DNA from: Raphidiopsis brookii D9
GTDB lineage: Bacteria > Cyanobacteriota > Cyanobacteriia > Cyanobacteriales > Nostocaceae
NCBI GenBank assembly: GCA_000175855.1
Contig: ACYB01000036.1
Span: 30,001-62,000, forward strand
Direction of reading: 5' to 3'
DNA: 32,000 bases
The notes below the pieces were generated by a model, which saw only the letters and a list, made by a program, of their open reading frames with translations, was not told the origin of the DNA and did not search any database. Below are positions 11,368 to 20,842 of the stretch, piece by piece (within the stretch, counting starts at the first letter, position 1; each line of letters begins with the position of its first letter). The translations under genes were made by a program, and so were the position numbers.

Positions 11368-11699
11368 ATGTCAAGTATGTATCCAGAAGCTCTAATCCAT
11401 GTTGCAGAATATTTTAAAGTGTTATCGGAAGTAAGTCGATTACAGGTTTTGTGCTGTTTGAAGACAGGAGCAAAAAATGTTACCCAGGTGATAGCAGAAA
11501 CTGGTCTTGGTCAAGCCAATGTGTCTAAACACCTGAAGATTCTGACTCAAGCGGGTATTGTCAAAAGAAGACCTGAAGGGTAATGGTGGTTTATGAGATT
11601 GTGGATCCCATATTGTTTCAATTGTGCGATTTAGTGTGCGATCGCCTGCAGGTTAGATTAGAAGAGCAGACTAGGGAGATACAGGATCTTAAACTATAA
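11368..11699 (+). pseudogene. ArsR/SmtB-family transcriptional regulator (BigR/SqrR/YgaV-like), interrupted by a 1-nt frameshift
   Basis: The winged-HTH region is FKVLSEVSRLQVLCCLKTGAKNVTQVIAETGLGQANVSKHLKILTQAGIVKRRPEG, followed by TAA. The next frame continues VMVVYEIVDPILFQLCDLVCDRLQVRLEEQTREIQDLKL to a stop at 11697-11699. The frames rejoin if the GGG at 11578-11580 is read as GGGG. Cys pairs in both halves fit a thiol-sensing subgroup. Confidence 0.75.
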
Positions 11700-11726
11700 T
11701 AAATTCCCCAGATACTTGGAGTTCTA

Positions 11727-13013
11727 CTAGCTGAATTGCTCCTCCGTATCCAAATTGAATAACATTTGTAAAGTTCGCATACAGTTACGTCTGGTTTCTA
11801 TGTCCTGTTGTGATCGCAATTGTACCATAGGATCATGTAATATTTTATTAACTATTCCTCTAGTCAGAGCTTCAATTACTTCCTGATGTTTTTCGCCAAA
11901 TTCCGAACCCAATCGGGAAAGAGCCTTTTGTAATTCTTGTTCACGGATGTGTTCGATTTTATTTCTCAAAGAACTAATAGTAGAGACGGTTTCCAAACTG
12001 CGCCACCAGATATCAAAAGACTCCACCTCTTCGTCCAGGATTTTTTCAGCTTCCTGGGCCATTTTGCGACGACTTTCGTAGTTTTGAGCTACGACTGCTT
12101 TTAAGTCATCCACATTAAAAACCTGGACATTATTTAAATGACTTACATCCGAGTCCACATTGCGAGGCACAGAGATATCAAACAACATGAGAGAATGGTT
12201 AGGGTCTAAAGCCATTTCTAATTTAGAGCGGTTGATAATTGGTTCTGTGGAGGAAGTACTAGTAAAGACTAAATCACTATGAGAAATAACAGACATCATT
12301 TCCGGGAGGAGATGAATGTGAATAGTCACCTCTGGGAACTGTTTAGCCAGTTCTGCTGCTCGCTCCCGGGAGCGATTAACAATACTAATATGGGATGCGC
12401 CCTTAGAAATCAAATGTTGTACCAGTAGACGAGACATTTTTCCCGCACCCACAATTAGTACCCGGTATAGTTCTAAATTTTCTACCTTAATTTGTGCCAA
12501 CTCTACAGCTGCTGAACTAATAGATACCGCTCCAGTGCCAATACTCGTTTCAGAACGAACTCTTTTACCAGCAGTTAAAGCTTGTTTAAATAAACGATTT
12601 AAAATTGTTTTTACACCATTGTATTGCTGTCCCAGTTTGTGAGTATTTTTCACCTGAGCCAGAATTTGTCCTTCTCCAAGAACTAGACTATCCAAACCAG
12701 CAGCAACTCGCAAGATGTGAGTCACAGCATCAGTATGGATGAGAGTAAACAGATGTTGACGTAAAGAACCTACTGGTAGTTTGCTATGCTCAGCCAGAAA
12801 CTGGGTCACTTCCCGAATTCCCTGGGGGATATCGCTGCTGACAACATAAATTTCTAACCGGTTACAGGTACTGAGGATAGCCACCTCATCAATGTGAGGA
12901 TAGTTGAGCAAGTGAGCGATCGCACTTTCGGTTTGGGGTTCAGGAATACTTAGTTTTTCTCTTACTTCAACTGGGGCTGTTTTGTGACTTAACCCCACTA
13001 CTGCAATATTCAT
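11727..13013 (-). CDS. hemA: Glutamyl-tRNA reductase
   Basis: [23 protein letters not shown]...[11 protein letters not shown]...[10 protein letters not shown]...[13 protein letters not shown]...VGAGKMS are HemA signatures. The ORF is open to 13103, but ATG 13013 matches the canonical N-terminus. Confidence 0.9.
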   Translation of the reverse strand: MNIAVVGLSHKTAPVEVREKLSIPEPQTESAIAHLLNYPHIDEVAILSTCNRLEIYVVSSDIPQGIREVTQFLAEHSKLPVGSLRQHLFTLIHTDAVTHILRVAAGLDSLVLGEGQILAQVKNTHKLGQQYNGVKTILNRLFKQALTAGKRVRSETSIGTGAVSISSAAVELAQIKVENLELYRVLIVGAGKMSRLLVQHLISKGASHISIVNRSRERAAELAKQFPEVTIHIHLLPEMMSVISHSDLVFTSTSSTEPIINRSKLEMALDPNHSLMLFDISVPRNVDSDVSHLNNVQVFNVDDLKAVVAQNYESRRKMAQEAEKILDEEVESFDIWWRSLETVSTISSLRNKIEHIREQELQKALSRLGSEFGEKHQEVIEALTRGIVNKILHDPMVQLRSQQDIETRRNCMRTLQMLFNLDTEEQFS

Positions 13014-13131
13014 CTTTAATTTCTTATGACTGGAATAACGCTCTTGCTGTTTTTCGTAGTTGTCATGGCAAAGGGTAACAAGTAATGGTATACCAGTTAC
13101 CAATTACCCTTTACCAGCTAGTTAACAAAAA

Positions 13132-14169
13132 TTAGTGGAGTTGTACAACTTTAGGTTGTTCAAACATGTGAATAGTATCTACAAAGCGAGCAGTCTTAGA
13201 CTGAGTAGAAATGACCAAACTTTGAGTTCTTGCACCACCGTGGAAGAACCGCACACCTTGCATCAAATTACCACTAGTAATACCACAAGCTGCAAACAAC
13301 ACAGTTTGACCAGATGCCAATTCATGAGCATCATAAACTTTATCTGGTTCATTAATACCCATAGAAGAAAGTCGTTCTAAATTAGACTCCTTGCTTTCGC
13401 CAATCAAACCAGTTTTAACCACTGCGGGATCGTAAATTAACTGACCTTGGAAGTGACCACCCAGGGCCCGCATAGCAGCAGCAGAAATTACACCTTCAGG
13501 AGCTGCACCAATACCCATGAGAGCGTGGATATTAGTACCAGCAAAACCGCAAGACAAAGCTGCACCGACATCACCATCAGAGATCAATTGAACTCTTGCA
13601 CCAGCTTCGCGGATCTCCTTAATTAAATCATTGTGGCGTTCGCGCTTCATAACAACGACCACCAGTTCTTCGATAGATCGGCCTAAGCATTCAGACAGAA
13701 TCTTGAGGTTTTCAGTAGCTGACTTGTTGATATCAACCTTACCCTTAGCTGCTGGGGGTGCGGCCAACTTCTTCATATAGAAGTCAGGAGCAGCAAACAG
13801 ACCTCCTCGTTCAGAAATTGCTAAAACTGCCATGGAACCGGGTTGTCCATAAGCTACCAGATTAGTACCTTCACAAGGGTCAACAGCAATATCAATTTCC
13901 ATTAATTCATCAGGGCTACAGGAAATAGCATTGTCTGGACTAGCACAAACTCCCACTTCCTCACCAATGTAAAGCATGGGCGCGTCATCACGTTCTCCCT
14001 CACCAATTACAATGCGACCGCGCATATAGATTTTATTCATCCGTTCACGCATAGCTTCCACTGCTACCTGGTCAGCAGTGTTCTTTTCACCCTTACCCAT
14101 CCACTTTGCAGAGGCGATCGCAGCTTGTTCGACAACCTCAATAATTTCTAAACCAATTGTATTTTCCAC
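13132..14169 (-). CDS. glpX: Class II fructose-1,6-bisphosphatase / sedoheptulose-1,7-bisphosphatase (GlpX type, the cyanobacterial dual-function enzyme)
   Basis: [41 protein letters not shown]...[21 protein letters not shown]...[10 protein letters not shown]...[20 protein letters not shown] is the GlpX family core. Confidence 0.9.
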   Translation of the reverse strand: MENTIGLEIIEVVEQAAIASAKWMGKGEKNTADQVAVEAMRERMNKIYMRGRIVIGEGERDDAPMLYIGEEVGVCASPDNAISCSPDELMEIDIAVDPCEGTNLVAYGQPGSMAVLAISERGGLFAAPDFYMKKLAAPPAAKGKVDINKSATENLKILSECLGRSIEELVVVVMKRERHNDLIKEIREAGARVQLISDGDVGAALSCGFAGTNIHALMGIGAAPEGVISAAAMRALGGHFQGQLIYDPAVVKTGLIGESKESNLERLSSMGINEPDKVYDAHELASGQTVLFAACGITSGNLMQGVRFFHGGARTQSLVISTQSKTARFVDTIHMFEQPKVVQLH

Positions 14170-14365
14170 AGGTCTACCCTCTTAATTGCTGATCTTTAGC
14201 GACTTTTGCTATGGCTATTTCAGTCTATAAGTCTACCAAAGTCCGGTACTTCAATGAGAAATACTTTGGATAATCAGTTTGTTAAGTTTTACAACCAGGA
14301 GAAGACACCGGTCTATTTTCCGATGCACAAGGATAAAATTTTGTCAAGTAAACAAGGATTAAGAA

Positions 14366-14923
14366 GTGGAAGGCAAAAATATCGAATCCGACTACCTATC
14401 ACTGATTAAATATCATCAGGGATGGATGAGTGAAGCTCTTAAACTAGCACAGATTGCGGGTGATGCAGGGGAAGTACCCGTGGGATGTATAATTGTTAAT
14501 TCCCAGGGTGATTTAATTGGTCAGGGGGAAAATCGCAAACAACGGGATCAAGATCCTACCGCTCATGCAGAAATTGTTGCCATTCGTTCAGCAGCAAGAA
14601 CCTTACAAAATTGGCATCTAGATCAATGTACACTTTATGTCACACTGGAGCCATGTCCTATGTGCGCTGGTGCTATCATTCACGCAAGGTTACAGACTTT
14701 AGTCTACGCGGTAGACGATCCTAAAACTGGTGCCATTCGTACTGTTATTAACATACCTAGTAGTCCTGCATCCAATCACCGGTTACGAATTATTGGAGGT
14801 ATTCTGGAATCTGCTTCCCGTCAACAATTACAGTCTTGGTTTGTATATCAAAGATCCCAAAAAACTCAAAAATCTGGTTACGGATCAAATGGTAATGAGT
14901 TATCGACAGAGGAAATTAGGTAA
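14366..14923 (+). CDS. tadA: tRNA adenosine(34) deaminase TadA
   Basis: The CDA zinc motifs HAEIVAIR and LEPCPMCAGAI are present. The ORF begins at GTG 14366, with an alternative ATG at 14426 (MSEALKLA). Confidence 0.85.
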   Translation: MEGKNIESDYLSLIKYHQGWMSEALKLAQIAGDAGEVPVGCIIVNSQGDLIGQGENRKQRDQDPTAHAEIVAIRSAARTLQNWHLDQCTLYVTLEPCPMCAGAIIHARLQTLVYAVDDPKTGAIRTVINIPSSPASNHRLRIIGGILESASRQQLQSWFVYQRSQKTQKSGYGSNGNELSTEEIR

Positions 14924-14970
14924 ATTAGAAATAATCCAATTTGCGTCACATCCCCTAACTAGTAACCATC

Positions 14971-15711
14971 ATGAAGGAACCTCACTCCGCTTCGACCAGT
15001 TTTGCGGATCAGTCTCCAAATATTTGCTTAGATCCTCCCTTTTCCCACACTAGGTCCTGGATTTCTCCCTGGTTAACACCCTTGGCCTATTGGTTAGGAT
15101 ATCATCTAGTTATACCCTTGTTTTTTGGTTCTATTCATGTTGAGGGTCAAGAACATATTCCCATTAGAGGTCCAGTAATTCTAGCACCCACACACCGTTC
15201 TCGTTGGGATCCCCTGCTTTTAGCTTATGCTGCGGGGCGTTATATCACCGGAAGGGATCTGAGATTTATGGTGATGAGTAGTGAATGTCGAGGAATACAA
15301 GGTTGGTTTATTCTCAGTATGGGTGGTTTTGCTGTCAATCTTCAACGTCCGGGGATCAAATCTCTACGTCATGTTATAGATTTAATGTTGGGGGGAGAAA
15401 TGTTAGTTATTTATCCGGAAGGTGGAATTTTTCGAGATGGTAAGATTCATCCCTTAAAATCCGGTATAGCTCGTTTGTCTATAAATGCCCAATCTCTAGA
15501 CCCTAATTTAGACATCAAGATTATACCTGTTTCCATTAATTACGATCGACCCTATCCTAATTGGGGAACAAAAGTCAAAATTTGTATTGGTGAACCAGTT
15601 AAAGTTGCTGACTATATGCATGGTTGTTTAAAACAGAATTCTCAATATTTAACTAGGGATTTAAGAAGTAAATTACAAGAAGTTGCTGATTCCCAACCAG
15701 TTTCTCTTTAG
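14971..15711 (+). CDS. Lysophospholipid / 1-acyl-sn-glycerol-3-phosphate acyltransferase family protein (PlsC-like)
   Basis: HX4D motif APTHRSRWDP, then GGFAV and the YPEGG motifs, in the order typical of the AGPAT/LPLAT family. Confidence 0.75.
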   Translation: MKEPHSASTSFADQSPNICLDPPFSHTRSWISPWLTPLAYWLGYHLVIPLFFGSIHVEGQEHIPIRGPVILAPTHRSRWDPLLLAYAAGRYITGRDLRFMVMSSECRGIQGWFILSMGGFAVNLQRPGIKSLRHVIDLMLGGEMLVIYPEGGIFRDGKIHPLKSGIARLSINAQSLDPNLDIKIIPVSINYDRPYPNWGTKVKICIGEPVKVADYMHGCLKQNSQYLTRDLRSKLQEVADSQPVSL

Positions 15712-15733
15712 GAGCTAATTGCTTCCCCCACTC

Positions 15734-17805
15734 CTAATCCCGATAACCAATCAGTAATTCCCAACCATTGAGTTTACCTATATCCTGGGGAGAACAGTCA
15801 ACAACATGTAACTGCCAATTTCCCTTGGCTGATGAATTTAGTAGCTGTTTGAGAACTGGTTGGGAACTGACTGTATAGGTTTTTTCTAAACGGGTTTGTC
15901 TTCCCAAAGTACGACTTTGCAATAACAAAGACTGACTGTTAGGGGGGATCAAATAAACTTCTAGATCTCCCAAAAAATCATGGCTAATATTCACGCCAAT
16001 TCTAATATCATTAATAATAATATTTTGAGGAACCACAATTGTAGTTCTCACTCCTTGTTTTTCCCCATCGGGAATAGTAACTTGATTTTTATTTTCGCCC
16101 CTGATTAATTTATTGGCATTGTTGGCAACCAATCCATTACCTCGTAATTTTTGAGCTGCTCTGACTGCTTTAGCTGCATTCACCTTACCATAACCAAACC
16201 ACAAACAATGACCATTACTATTATAAGTACCTCCCTGCAAACCCAATTGAGGATCTGGTTGTGGATCAACAATTTTATCAGTGGTTTCTTGTAAAATACG
16301 GTTGACCTGTTGAGCAGTTAAATCCGGATTGGCTGATAACATTAATGCTGCTACTCCAGCAACCACAGGGGTAGCACTGGAAGTTCCACCAAAATTATTA
16401 GTGAAATTTCCAGGATTATAACCCGCTTTCCCTATTTGATCTGTTGTCAACATTCCCAGTCCATCTATAGTTGTTGAAATAGTTGGTTGGGTGTACACAA
16501 AACCACTTTCTTGAACCACATTCCCGGAGGAGCATTATTACTAGGAGCGCAAACAGAAATATTCTCTCCCCAATTGCTATAGGCCGCTTTTTTATTTAAA
16601 CTTGTAGATGCAGAAACGGCAATTACATCGGGATGAATAGCAAACCCACTTAACCACTTGGTTTTGCCTTTTAACAGATCCTTAGGCCAATTTTGCTCGT
16701 CTATAGTACCACTAATGGGACGGTTAGCATTACCTGCTGCAAAAAGAATTACACATCCTTTTCCATTACGTCCCTTGGTTGCAGCACGGGTAATTGCTGC
16801 TTTTTGGCGTAAAGATAAGGGAAAATAAACCGCAGATGCTCCCCAGCTACAGGAGATAACACTGGCATTGTATTTTAATGCCCAGTTGAATATGTCCTCA
16901 ATTGATTCATCATCCAAATATCCAGTTGTACGAATTGGCATGAGGGCACAACCAGGGGCCACACCAACAATACCCTGTCCATTTTCTTCAGCAACTGCTA
17001 GTCCAGCACAAGCAGTACCATGACTAGTTTCTTGCTCTCCTGGTAGGGGTAAAAAGTCTTTTTCTTTTAAATCCCTGGGAGCAACAATTTTACCCACTCC
17101 TTGTAAATCTGGGTGGTTCAAATCAAAGGAGTCATCCACAACTGCGACTACCACTGAACGTACCCCACGAGTTATATCCCAAGCTTGCTCTACAGAAATA
17201 TGCGAAGCGATCGCCAGTTGATTTCCACCACTGTGATTGAGATACCACTGTTGAGGATAGAGGGAATCGCTGGGTCTGTAATGGGTTTCTTGTTGAATAA
17301 AAACATTTGGTTCCGCTGCTAAGACTTCTGGTAGGGTTTGTAGTTGGTTGGCAATTTTGAGAGGATTATGTGGGGACTGTTTGCTGACTAAAAATGTAAA
17401 GGTATTGGGTAAATCAGCTATAGGTTGGTTTTCAGTGAGATTAAGTGAAGAGGTTATAATACCAATTTTATCATTATCTACCCCAGCTGCAAATTGAACT
17501 GTTATCTGATCACTCAAATAGACATAGCTGCTAGGGTTATCCTGTAATTGATAAACATGACTGGCAAAAGCTACTTTTTGATCAGATCTAGCTTGTGACA
17601 TAGCCGCTTCTATCTGATCTGGTGTAACAGTGAATAATTCCAACTTAGCTCTGGGAATAGTACGCTGCCATTTTCCCCAGGAGATCCTGGATAATTCCTC
17701 CCTGTTTAGGTCAGCATACAAACGAAGAGTAAAACGTTCCGTGGATTTTATGAGAATCAACTCCTCTCCACCACGTTGCAAAACTACTGGTTGGTCATTG
17801 ATCAT
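15734..17805 (-). pseudogene. S8 subtilisin-like serine peptidase with a C-terminal proprotein-convertase P-domain, interrupted by a 1-nt frameshift (pieces 16465..17805 and 15734..16519)
   Basis: Asp is in VVAVVDDSFDLNHPDL and His is in TSHGTACAGLA. After the shift, Ser is in FGGTSSATPVVAGVAALMLS. The C-terminal IRIGVNISHDFLGDLEVYLIPP...GNWQLHVVD...GKLNGWELLIGY looks P-domain-like. The text reads ISVCAPSNNAPPG, then in the adjacent frame NVVQESGFVYTQP. The shift lies in the CCCGG run at 16523-16527. Confidence 0.8.
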
Positions 17806-17939
17806 ATTCTTGATGATTAAATATTTTTGATAAACATACTGGAAACTATGCTTAACTTAGTATGGTGGTCACTATATTGTATATCAAGTTGGAGGGATTT
17901 TCCCGTCAACCGCTTTAAGTCCCCAAACCATTTGACTTT

Positions 17940-18509
17940 ATGAACCTCAAAACTATTTACTTATTGCCCATAATATTTTGTGGTCTGTCCTTACCCGTCC
18001 AATCTCAGGTAGTCCAGTCACCAAATAAACCAGTACAGACTAAACCTAATGATAACCAACCTAGTCCGACCCCAAGGAAGAGTGAAAATACCAGTGTATT
18101 AAGTATTACAGGAGGCGATCGCCTGATGAAGGAGGGACAGGAAGCGGTGTCTGGCAAAAACTATACTCTAGCGGTCAAAAAACTCCAGGAAGCGCGTCAA
18201 ATATATAATCAGCTATCTACCTTTTACCAAGAATTAAATGCCAGTTTTTCCGGGATTGATTTTAGCGTCTCTGATTCCCACCGCAAAAAGGCCCTAGAAA
18301 CAGCCCAAAAACGAGACGAAGCGACTTATCAATTAGCATTGGTACATCGCTCATTAAACCAACCTGATTTGGCCATACCTCTTTTAATTCAAGTCATTAA
18401 AAGTCAAAACCCTACCTGGGAACTAGGCAAAAAGGCCTATCAACAGCTGTGGGAACTAGGTTTTGCGGACATAGCTTATCCTGGAAAGACGGAAAATCCA
18501 GGAAAGTAG
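17940..18509 (+). CDS. Secreted hypothetical protein (signal peptide, helical/TPR-like body)
   Basis: MNLKTIYLLPIIFCGLSLPVQSQ has signal-peptide character, followed by a Pro/Asn/Gln-rich linker and helical repeats. I recognise no family. Confidence 0.55.
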   Translation: MNLKTIYLLPIIFCGLSLPVQSQVVQSPNKPVQTKPNDNQPSPTPRKSENTSVLSITGGDRLMKEGQEAVSGKNYTLAVKKLQEARQIYNQLSTFYQELNASFSGIDFSVSDSHRKKALETAQKRDEATYQLALVHRSLNQPDLAIPLLIQVIKSQNPTWELGKKAYQQLWELGFADIAYPGKTENPGK

Positions 18510-18564
18510 CAGATTTTGGATTAACTGATAATAATTAGAGAAGGATGTTTTTCTAGGAATAACA

Positions 18565-18795
18565 ATGATAACTCCCCAACAGGTTGAACAAATGATTAAA
18601 GGAGAACTACCAGATGCACAAGTACAAGTGCAAGACCTAACTGGTGGTGGAGACCACTATCAAGTAACAGTGGTTTCATCGCAATTTGCGGGTAAAGGAC
18701 TTGTACAACAACATCGGATAGTTTATGATGCTTTAAAACAAGCTATGTCAACCGAGGCTATTCACGCTTTGGCTTTGAAAACATGTGCTCCCTAG
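18565..18795 (+). CDS. BolA family protein
   Basis: 76 aa with [34 protein letters not shown]...IHALALKT, the BolA/IbaG fold signature. It is adjacent to a monothiol glutaredoxin, its known partner. Confidence 0.8.
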   Translation: MITPQQVEQMIKGELPDAQVQVQDLTGGGDHYQVTVVSSQFAGKGLVQQHRIVYDALKQAMSTEAIHALALKTCAP

Positions 18796-18831
18796 ATTAT
18801 GGACAATTAACACAACAAGGAATTAAAAACC

Positions 18832-19167
18832 ATGACAGTAGAAAACCCAACAGAAATTAAAGCAACAATTGATAAATTAGTCAAAGAAAACAAAATAATG
18901 GTTTTCATGAAAGGAAATAAATTAATGCCTCAATGTGGTTTCTCTAATAATGTTGTACAAATTCTCAACACTTTAGGAGTCCCCTTTGAGACCTTTGATG
19001 TTCTTTCTGACTATAACGTTCGTCAAGGTATTAAGGAGTATTCCAACTGGCCCACAATTCCCCAGGTTTACATTAATGGAGAATTTATTGGCGGGTCTGA
19101 TATTTTGATTGAACTATATCAAAAAGGTCAATTACAGCAAATAGTTGAAGTAGCATTAGCTTCTTAG
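18832..19167 (+). CDS. grxD: Monothiol (CGFS-type, Grx4 family) glutaredoxin
   Basis: [24 protein letters not shown]...[19 protein letters not shown] contains the CGFS active site and the glutathione-binding motifs. Confidence 0.9.
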   Translation: MTVENPTEIKATIDKLVKENKIMVFMKGNKLMPQCGFSNNVVQILNTLGVPFETFDVLSDYNVRQGIKEYSNWPTIPQVYINGEFIGGSDILIELYQKGQLQQIVEVALAS

Positions 19168-19191
19168 ATATCCTCTTTAGTCCTCCTATTC

Positions 19192-19372
19192 AAGCAGGGC
19201 GTTTTCAAAGTCCGTGGTAAATTGCAAAATGACTTTTTAAAAACCCTTTTCCACACAGCGATCGCAGCTTTTTTTCTTAATTTTCGATTAATTAAATTTT
19301 AAAAAAAGCCCAAACATTGACGGTAAAAATGTTCTGGCGATCGCAATTTTGGAGAATGAAAACGCCCTGCTT
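19192..19372. mobile_element. Candidate MITE-like element: 16-bp perfect terminal inverted repeats enclosing about 150 bp of AT-rich non-coding DNA
   Basis: AAGCAGGGCGTTTTCA (19192-19207) is the exact reverse complement of TGAAAACGCCCTGCTT (19357-19372). The interior carries two HIP1 sites (about 19259 and 19338) and has no credible ORF. It sits at the boundary between core genes and the accessory island. Confidence 0.35.
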
Positions 19373-19427
19373 AGAGAAGCTATCCATTAGTGAGATATTT
19401 TTTAACAAAAAGCGGATTTGGGAAAAT

Positions 19428-19661
19428 ATGAAGGTCTCATTCGAAAAAAACTATCCAAATATTACCCGATGGATTGATGAGCATGAAGGCTTGATTGAAA
19501 TTGGCTACGATGACGATGATCCCTTAAATTCTTTTATCCGTGCTGTAGATTCTGGTGGAACACTATGGGAAGGAAAAGAAAGTTATGAAAGTATCGATGC
19601 AGCACTGCAAGATTTAAATGCGGGGCTGGCATCTGTATTGGAAGAGATTTATGGAGAATAG
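19428..19661 (+). CDS. Small acidic hypothetical protein (77 aa)
   Basis: The ORF is open from 19317, but its upstream part overlaps the inverted-repeat element. ATG 19428 gives MKVSFEKNYPNITRWIDEHEGLIEIGYDDDDPLNSF..., which I cannot assign to a family. Confidence 0.4.
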   Translation: MKVSFEKNYPNITRWIDEHEGLIEIGYDDDDPLNSFIRAVDSGGTLWEGKESYESIDAALQDLNAGLASVLEEIYGE

Positions 19662-19671
19662 ATTGCACTAA

Positions 19672-20784
19672 TCAGTGTAAACCACTATCAAGTTTATCTA
19701 AAACAAAGTGATTCCCACTCTCAAAATGTCCAAAAATTCTTTTAGCATCCCGGTCTGACCAAGCATCTATCTCATGGGTAGACGGAGGACGGGGATTTCC
19801 TTTGAGTGCTTTTAAGTCAAGAGATGATACATTACATTTACCTCCTGATTCTAAATTCCTTGCTAACTGGTCTATTCTCTCGTTAATTAATACTAATCTA
19901 TCCCCTGATATTCCCTTCAAACTACCCTCAAACCTAGATCCATAACTTAACATTTCACTGGGTGAAGGATGCAACCTCTCCCCATAAATCTCTTTATTTG
20001 TTCTTTTCCACACCAACTCTCCCCAAGGAGATAAAGAGACTTCACCTCCTACCGTCATTAATAGGGTTTCTGGTACACCACTAACGTCAGCAGTTTTCAT
20101 TTTATTTGCCAGTCTACGAAAAACTTGAAGATGGTCACGTACGCTGTCTTCTACTACCATTTTCACGGGCAATTTTGGTATGCGCAACAGGTCTTTGGCT
20201 GTTTCAAAAATGTAAATTGTCTCGTCTGCATAAAATGTGGCTAGGGTTTGTAAAAATCCCTGCACACTCTTGAATCCCCCAGTTAAGTTAAATATAATCT
20301 TATATTGGGAATTTCTATACTCAGGTATGGTATCTTCAAACCACTCCACCATATCTGATAAAGCAATTTGAAAGGACTCAATATCTTTTGTTTGCAGATC
20401 GGTCCTTCGGATTGTCTCAACTATAAAACCCCTTTTTCTTAACCAGAATTTTACCAAAGTAGCTGTCTGTTCCCCTAACCAGGTGTCAGTACAAAGCAAA
20501 AAGTGAGTGTCTGCTTTCTTCTCTAACTTACCATTATAAAGTTTAATAATGCCATTTAGCTCCGCTGACATCTTACTTGCTAACTCAAGATCAGCAGATG
20601 CTAGTTTTTCTTCTACTCTCTTAGCAAGCGATCGCAGTGTTAGGCTATCTTCTGGCGGTATATCTTGAATGTATTTTGCATTAGCATATTTACTGACCAA
20701 ACCTCTTTCCTCTTGAGCTGCTTGATTGGTCAACAAACTTGTGCCACAGGGTGAGAAAACAAATAAACGATTTTCCATGATCAA
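19672..20784 (-). CDS. CARF-domain protein of the APE2256 type with a C-terminal RelE/ParE-like region (CRISPR-ancillary-type effector)
   Basis: N-terminal FVFSPCGTSLLTN, then SAELNGI and NLTGGFKSVQG, which are motifs I associate with the APE2256/TIGR02619 CARF family. The C-terminal THEIDAWSDRDAKRIFGHFESGNHFVLDKLDSGLH resembles the last strands of RelE-fold toxins, and that part is inferred. Confidence 0.65.
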   Translation of the reverse strand: MIMENRLFVFSPCGTSLLTNQAAQEERGLVSKYANAKYIQDIPPEDSLTLRSLAKRVEEKLASADLELASKMSAELNGIIKLYNGKLEKKADTHFLLCTDTWLGEQTATLVKFWLRKRGFIVETIRRTDLQTKDIESFQIALSDMVEWFEDTIPEYRNSQYKIIFNLTGGFKSVQGFLQTLATFYADETIYIFETAKDLLRIPKLPVKMVVEDSVRDHLQVFRRLANKMKTADVSGVPETLLMTVGGEVSLSPWGELVWKRTNKEIYGERLHPSPSEMLSYGSRFEGSLKGISGDRLVLINERIDQLARNLESGGKCNVSSLDLKALKGNPRPPSTHEIDAWSDRDAKRIFGHFESGNHFVLDKLDSGLH

Positions 20785-20842
20785 GGTTTCTGGTTACAAG
20801 GGGTAATTTTATACTTTGGGACAGAGGTTCCAAACAAGTTTG

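Noticed and set aside
14206-14409. 67-aa plus-strand ORF in the glpX-tadA intergenic region, plus a GTC-N8-TAC near-NtcA site at 14223-14236
   Set aside because: The ORF has no recognisable features and overlaps the promoter region and the tadA start. The NtcA-like site has a mismatch in the critical GTA triplet and no properly spaced -10 box that I could defend.
14730-15053. 107-aa ORF overlapping the end of tadA and the start of the acyltransferase gene
   Set aside because: It is an alternative frame across two well-supported genes, and its sequence has no family features.
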